Below are positions 58,929 through 64,000 of a stretch of 64,000 nt of DNA, piece by piece (position 1 is the first letter of the stretch; the number at the start of each line of letters is the position of its first letter). The stretch is taken from IMG/VR virus record IMGVR_UViG_3300035698_021020, positions 1 to 64,000 of that record, one strand, 5' to 3'. The stretch comes from a virus. The position numbers and the translations under genes were made by a program. Under the pieces are notes generated by a model. That model searched no databases. It was given only the letters and a program-made list of their open reading frames with translations, and was not told the DNA's origin.

Positions 58929-59690
58929 TTACTTAGACCCATTGAGCTGTTCACTACTCTCTATCTTCTCAAACATAGTTTCAATCTTCTTAATAATTGG
59001 GTGACGGACTATGTCCTTCTTCTGTAATTCAACACAAGCAATATCTTCAATATCATTAAAGTATTCAGTTAATATTTCAAGAGCACTCTTATTTCGCTTA
59101 TTAACTGACTTTTGCTTGATGTCTCCTAAAAATATCATCTTAGCTCCATATCCAATTCTAGTGATAAGAGTTCTGAGGTTGTCTTTTGATATCTGCTGAG
59201 CTTCATCAATTATGATTATTGAATTATCTAGTGTAACGCCTAATGCAAATTTAATAGGCAGAGTCTCAATTACTCCCATGTCTCTAAGAATAGTAGTATT
59301 TGCTTTTCCAATTACTTTATGGAAATTACTGAAGAATGGATACATAAACATTTCCATCTTTTCTTGTAGTGTTCCTTTTAAGAATCCAATTTCTTCATCT
59401 CTAGGTACATTTACAGATTTGATTAATATGATTTTCTTATATGTTCCAGGATCTTCTTTGATATATTTTAAAGCTCTTGCACAAGCTAAATAAGTCTTTC
59501 CCGTCCCAGGTGGGCCTGTAATAATAGATATGATATTCTCATCTATTGCATTGACTACTGTTTTTTGAGCTACACTTTTACATTTGATATTTATAGTAGA
59601 GGATAATGACTTTGATATAGTCGCTATATCTCGTTCTTCGGTCCAATCATCGAAATTTTCTTCACTTTGTAATCTGTGTACTTTTGCCAT
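58929..59690 (-). CDS. phoH: PhoH family ATPase
   Basis: GPPGTGKT, IGFLKG, IDEAQ, TRIG, GD..Q, IVRH. Confidence 0.9.
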   Translation of the reverse strand: MAKVHRLQSEENFDDWTEERDIATISKSLSSTINIKCKSVAQKTVVNAIDENIISIITGPPGTGKTYLACARALKYIKEDPGTYKKIILIKSVNVPRDEEIGFLKGTLQEKMEMFMYPFFSNFHKVIGKANTTILRDMGVIETLPIKFALGVTLDNSIIIIDEAQQISKDNLRTLITRIGYGAKMIFLGDIKQKSVNKRNKSALEILTEYFNDIEDIACVELQKKDIVRHPIIKKIETMFEKIESSEQLNGSK

Positions 59691-59693
59691 GTG

Positions 59694-60311
59694 TTAGTAT
59701 ATTTTTGTTGCAATAACTATTCCTAGTATAATTCGAATATAGTTTAATCTAAAATTTAGGAAATATGTTATTGATTGTTCTTCTTTTTCTGATAAGCCTA
59801 ATCCGATCATGTTCTCATAATTCAATTGTAATATTCCCAATGTTTGAGTAGTACTTAGCGCCACATCATTAATGATGAACATATCATATAAAATTGATTC
59901 GAATGGAGGATCATGTAATGGATCTGATTCAAGCTTATGTATAAAGTTTCTGCTTCTTTTTAAAGCGTCCAGCTTTAAACTTAACTCCTTTGACTTGAGC
60001 GCTTCGTCTAAATAATTTTTGACTGGAGTTAATTGAACTACTTTGTCTGCGGATTCTGTTAGTTCATATATATGGTCTAAATTAAATGCAACCATTAATT
60101 TAAAAGTTCCATCTCGATAGAAGAAATTAATCTTCTCATTAGTACCAAATGAACCTAATGTTTTCAATAATATTTCAGATACTCCTATTTCAGAAAAATC
60201 TGTTCCTTCTACCTCTATTGCTATATTATATTCATTAAATGGAAATGCTTCCATGAATGGAAGTATATCATACAGCTCCTCGAGTTTATTAAGTGGGGTT
60301 TCATCACTCAT
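59694..60311 (-). CDS. Hypothetical protein
   Basis: 205 aa ORF; late-like box at about 60327-60338. Confidence 0.6.
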   Translation of the reverse strand: MSDETPLNKLEELYDILPFMEAFPFNEYNIAIEVEGTDFSEIGVSEILLKTLGSFGTNEKINFFYRDGTFKLMVAFNLDHIYELTESADKVVQLTPVKNYLDEALKSKELSLKLDALKRSRNFIHKLESDPLHDPPFESILYDMFIINDVALSTTQTLGILQLNYENMIGLGLSEKEEQSITYFLNFRLNYIRIILGIVIATKIY

Positions 60312-60338
60312 TAACTTCTCTCTTTCTTATTATTTATT

Positions 60339-61418
60339 TCATAAACCAGCTATATGAGATCTAAAAATTGCTTTTAGTGCTCTAGTATTATTACGCAATA
60401 TTCGTAGATCGACAATTAAAGATGGGTCAAAATTACTACGACCAGTATATGTATTTGACTCTACTGCAAAACTATCATATGTATCTGCCCTCAATTCAAA
60501 TCGTCCAAAATATTTTAGAGAGTCAGATGTTAAATTTAACGCTTCTAGATTTACCATACAGAGTTGAAGTATATCAGTTCGATTTGACGTTAAATTAATA
60601 TTTTTCATATTAGTTGTTTTATCTACTTCTATTCGTATTAATTTCATTGAATGAGGTAATATTATATTATACATTATTGACTCATTTTCAAAATGATTGC
60701 TTATTTCCCAAGTATTTCCAAATTGTTCATTAGATTTTTCTGGATTTCCCTTAACTGTAAGAATAGGAATAATTAATTTACCGGAAGTATTATTCTTATT
60801 AAGTTTTATAATTTGAGACTTGGCTTGAACTATGTCTCCCTTTTTTGTATACTTTAATTGAAGGGCAAGGTCTAACTTCTTCCAATTTATTCCAGAAATA
60901 CCTATATTATCTGCTGTCTTTTTGACTGTCACTAACATATCACTAAACGCAGTATTTTTAGATGCAACAGAAGCCGATGCTGCTTTACTTATTAAAGTAG
61001 GACCATGTAAAACATATTTTTCATTAAGATATTTTAGCGCCTTTATTGCATAATCTTCAGATGAAATATCAGGATCACGCATTAACATTCTAGGTTCGCC
61101 TGCCCCAAGTAATCGCAAATAATTAGATTTTAGAAAAATAGTTGGTCTCATTCTGTCCATTGCACCCTTTGTAAATTCAAGAGTCCCATTTCCTAATTGA
61201 ACTATTGTTGATCTAAGTGTGTATGATCCCTTCTTCAGAAACTTCTTCATTTCTGGAGTAGTCAGAACTGCATATAGCCACTCTGTTTCTGGATTCTTAG
61301 CCATTTCTTTTAACCAACCTGGAGTACCAATTGTTCTAGATGTCTTTCGTAGTGCTGCTCTAATGTCAGGTTTCGGTATATCCTCATATGATTCAAAAAG
61401 AGAATTTGTACTTTTCAT
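60339..61418 (-). CDS. Hypothetical late protein
   Basis: 359 aa ORF; late-like box at 61423-61432. Confidence 0.6.
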   Translation of the reverse strand: MKSTNSLFESYEDIPKPDIRAALRKTSRTIGTPGWLKEMAKNPETEWLYAVLTTPEMKKFLKKGSYTLRSTIVQLGNGTLEFTKGAMDRMRPTIFLKSNYLRLLGAGEPRMLMRDPDISSEDYAIKALKYLNEKYVLHGPTLISKAASASVASKNTAFSDMLVTVKKTADNIGISGINWKKLDLALQLKYTKKGDIVQAKSQIIKLNKNNTSGKLIIPILTVKGNPEKSNEQFGNTWEISNHFENESIMYNIILPHSMKLIRIEVDKTTNMKNINLTSNRTDILQLCMVNLEALNLTSDSLKYFGRFELRADTYDSFAVESNTYTGRSNFDPSLIVDLRILRNNTRALKAIFRSHIAGL

Positions 61419-61443
61419 ACTCTTATTTATTTAGTATTGTAGT

Positions 61444-61471
61444 AAACTTACGAACTAGTCGTTAGTATAAG
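61444..61471 (+). promoter_or_regulatory. Putative early/middle promoter
   Basis: AAACT-N16-GTATAAG upstream of the polymerase C-subunit gene. Confidence 0.65.
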
Positions 61472-61476
61472 ATCGT

Positions 61477-62916
61477 ATGGAAGACAATTCTAAACTACTT
61501 AAGAAGCTCGATCTAAAGCAAAATGCGATCAAGCTTCTTATCAACTCTATTTATGGCGCATTTGGAAACAAGTGGTTCTACTTTTTCAATAGAGACATAG
61601 CTCAATCAATTACTTTACAAGGACAAGATTTAATTAAATTCAGTATTAAAGCTGCTAATCATTATTTCTACAATAAGTGGCACCTCGATACTGAAGTTCA
61701 TAAGTTATTAGGTATAGACCATTACAAAATCAATAAAATTGATTATGATGCATCGATTTATAGTGATACAGATTCAGTATATGTTCAATTTGATTCTGCT
61801 ATTGCTTCAATAGAAGGATTTGACTATACTGATATTGAAAAAGGTCTTGAAATATGTATTGCTCTAGATAGATATCGAATAGCTCAGTATTTTACTGATT
61901 GCTTTGATAAGTACAGCAAATTATTCAACACAAAAAACCGTCTTAATCTTGAATTAGAGAATTTATCAGAATCTGGAATATGGTTAGCCAAAAAGAATTA
62001 TGCAATTAAAGTTGCATATGAACCTAATGCAAACTTTGCAGTATTGCCTCCAAAGGACAGATATATGATAATTAAAGGATTGGAACCAGTTAAGAGTTCA
62101 TATCCAACTTGGGCTAGAACGAAATTAAAGGAACTAACTGAATATATGGTGAAAATGGGTAAAACCCTTAATATTGAGGAGGACCTTATGCCTAAACTCA
62201 AGGAACTTGAAGAAGAATTTCAAAATGTTCCTCACCATGAAGCATCATTCAATTTCAAAATTCGAGTTTACAATAAGTATATTGAGAGTGAAAAAGAGCT
62301 TCGACTACTGAAGGGTATTCCAATATATTCTAGAGCGGCAGCTTATTACAATCACAGATTACTTCAAACTGGTTTAAATAAGAAATATAGCTTACTTCGT
62401 GAAGGTGATAAAATCAAGTATTATTTTTGTGAACAAAATGAAAATGATTTTGAGATCTTTGCGTATCATCCAAGTAAATTTCCAGACGAAATAGTTCCTC
62501 CATTGGATCGTACGAAGCAATTCTTTGCATTGATTGTGGAACCAATGAATAGAATATTAACAGCTATGAGAATGAGTTCACTAGATGAAGATCTAAAACG
62601 AGCTGTTCCATATGTGAATACTAAAACTAAGAAGGTATTAACTGATGCTGATTTGTTTCCACTTTACATCATCAATATAGAATCCTTAGAATATGTAGAA
62701 GTACCTGAGAAATTCTGGAAAATTATTGGAAATCCTAATGTCGAAGTTCCTGATGAATATTATGAAGAATATCTTTCAGTCATCACTAAATATGGTTTAA
62801 ATTCCGCAATAGTCACTAAAATCGAACTTCCAAAATACCTTAAGCGGCTTGAACGTAAAGCTGAGCGTCTTGCTAAAAAAGAAGAAGAAGCTAAGTTAGC
62901 ATTACAAAATGGATAA
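61477..62916 (+). CDS. Family B DNA polymerase, C-terminal subunit (motifs B and C, thumb)
   Basis: QNAIKLLINSIYGAFGN, ITLQGQ, YSDTDS, KKNY, KGLE. Confidence 0.9.
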   Translation: MEDNSKLLKKLDLKQNAIKLLINSIYGAFGNKWFYFFNRDIAQSITLQGQDLIKFSIKAANHYFYNKWHLDTEVHKLLGIDHYKINKIDYDASIYSDTDSVYVQFDSAIASIEGFDYTDIEKGLEICIALDRYRIAQYFTDCFDKYSKLFNTKNRLNLELENLSESGIWLAKKNYAIKVAYEPNANFAVLPPKDRYMIIKGLEPVKSSYPTWARTKLKELTEYMVKMGKTLNIEEDLMPKLKELEEEFQNVPHHEASFNFKIRVYNKYIESEKELRLLKGIPIYSRAAAYYNHRLLQTGLNKKYSLLREGDKIKYYFCEQNENDFEIFAYHPSKFPDEIVPPLDRTKQFFALIVEPMNRILTAMRMSSLDEDLKRAVPYVNTKTKKVLTDADLFPLYIINIESLEYVEVPEKFWKIIGNPNVEVPDEYYEEYLSVITKYGLNSAIVTKIELPKYLKRLERKAERLAKKEEEAKLALQNG

Positions 62917-64000
62917 CAAATATTCTATAAAGGAATATTGCCAAGACATATTAATTAAGCGATTTCCTGGAGATAAGTATCGACAACAGATAAACGATAC
63001 TAATCCAATTAAGCTTATTTTCGCATGTCCATTTTGTGGAGATTCTCTCAAAGATGCATCAAAAAAAAGAGGAAATCTACACTTAGATACACAAACATAC
63101 AAGTGCTATAATGATGGCTGTATGATATGGATGCCATTTTCCGACTTCGTATCTAAATTCACTCCAAAATACAAGCTTAAAATACCCGACATTCGGGAGA
63201 CTACTCTTAAATTTGATATTAGCAAGTCTAGGCATAAGCGCGGATTTATTATTGAGTTCTTATTAAATACTGAAGCGAATCGTCATCTTCTATCATTTTC
63301 TGAAATAGTTCAGAAATTCTCATTGACTCCATGTAAGGATGCAGATCCAGAAAGTAGAGTAGGTTTATATGTCAGAAAAAGGAACTTAATTGGGCTTCCG
63401 ATGTTCAATAAGACTTGTTATTTCGACTCAAGTCAGAATAAAATATACTTGTTCAACATTGACCTTAAATCAGATAAGTTAATTGGTTTTGCTTTACGTA
63501 AAATCAATGATGATGCTCCTGGTCTGCGCTACAATATAAAAGACTACAAAGACTTTAAAGAAACTGGATTAGCTAAGGGGCTCTCAGATGATTATATCAA
63601 TGAGATAATTCAAATCAATAATTACTATAACGTTCTTAACTTAAATTTCACAGAGGACATTACTGTAACTGAGGGACAGATTGATGCTATGTTTATACGA
63701 AACTGCGTCGCTACTACTGGTGTTACTAAATCTAAGAATATTCTTGAAACTCTTACCACTAAGCGAAAAACAAGAGTTTTGTTTGATAATGATGGTGCAG
63801 GACTAAAAGAATCAATTGAACTACTTAGAAAAGGATATCGAGTTTTCCTATGGGCTAAGGTAATAGCTGGTCTTAAGAAAAAGTACTCAAAGGATATTTA
63901 CACCATTCGAACAAAAATAAAAGACATAAACGATCTATACTCATTCCTAAAGTCTCATGATGCTGACTTGGATTATGAGAAATTCAATATCTTTATCGAC
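62909..64000 (+). CDS. DNA primase (gp61-like), runs off the window end
   Basis: Manual translation from ATG 62909: CPFCGDS...KRGN...YKCYNDGC, TEGQIDAMF, FDND, KDIND. Confidence 0.88.
   Translation, partial: MDNKYSIKEYCQDILIKRFPGDKYRQQINDTNPIKLIFACPFCGDSLKDASKKRGNLHLDTQTYKCYNDGCMIWMPFSDFVSKFTPKYKLKIPDIRETTLKFDISKSRHKRGFIIEFLLNTEANRHLLSFSEIVQKFSLTPCKDADPESRVGLYVRKRNLIGLPMFNKTCYFDSSQNKIYLFNIDLKSDKLIGFALRKINDDAPGLRYNIKDYKDFKETGLAKGLSDDYINEIIQINNYYNVLNLNFTEDITVTEGQIDAMFIRNCVATTGVTKSKNILETLTTKRKTRVLFDNDGAGLKESIELLRKGYRVFLWAKVIAGLKKKYSKDIYTIRTKIKDINDLYSFLKSHDADLDYEKFNIFID

Noticed and set aside
1806-63102. Many short antisense or overlapping ORFs in the track (e.g. 4690-4989, 10130-10510, 41254-41715, 62902-63102)
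   Set aside because: They are shadows of well-supported genes on the opposite strand or in another frame, with no motifs or promoter support.
1-64000. TAG stop-codon reassignment as in some jumbo phages
   Set aside because: Conserved genes are full length in the standard code and several end in TAG. Reading through TAG 57258 hits TAA after 11 more codons.
1-64000. tRNA genes, CRISPR arrays, IS elements
   Set aside because: Intergenic spaces are short and occupied by promoter boxes; no cloverleaf, repeat-spacer or transposase pattern was seen by eye.

Overview
AT-rich, gene-dense segment of a large T4-related (jumbo-type) myophage genome read in the standard genetic code. The host is possibly a Bacteroidota member; this is only an inference from SD-less A-rich leaders and a stand-alone LytTR domain. 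The window holds replication and recombination genes (PolB, UvsX, gp41, gp46/47, UvsY/UvsW, gp61 primase, topoisomerase II, a DinG-like helicase), nucleotide metabolism genes, and virion genes (sheath, tube, prohead protease-scaffold, major capsid, baseplate). Five things stand out. (1) Two fractured genes, gp52 topoisomerase and UvsW helicase, are each split into N- and C-terminal split-intein halves around a free-standing endonuclease that has its own late-promoter box; one endonuclease contains a -1 frameshift at a slippery heptamer. (2) The family B DNA polymerase is split without inteins into two genes about 58 kb apart. (3) A thymidylate-synthase-fold enzyme carries the cytosine-specific Asp of T4 gp42, with a dCTPase/dUTPase-like gene, dCMP deaminase and a dNMP kinase, suggesting modified-cytosine DNA. 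(4) A 12-gene, roughly 9.4 kb glycan operon encodes nonulosonic (sialic-like) acid synthesis, three sialyltransferase-fold proteins, two sulfotransferases, a pyruvyltransferase and a methyltransferase; its acceptor is unknown. (5) Two promoter classes are readable from the DNA: AAACT-N15/16-GTATAAG and (G/A/T)ATAAATAA. All functional calls come from motif recognition by eye; no database searches were run.
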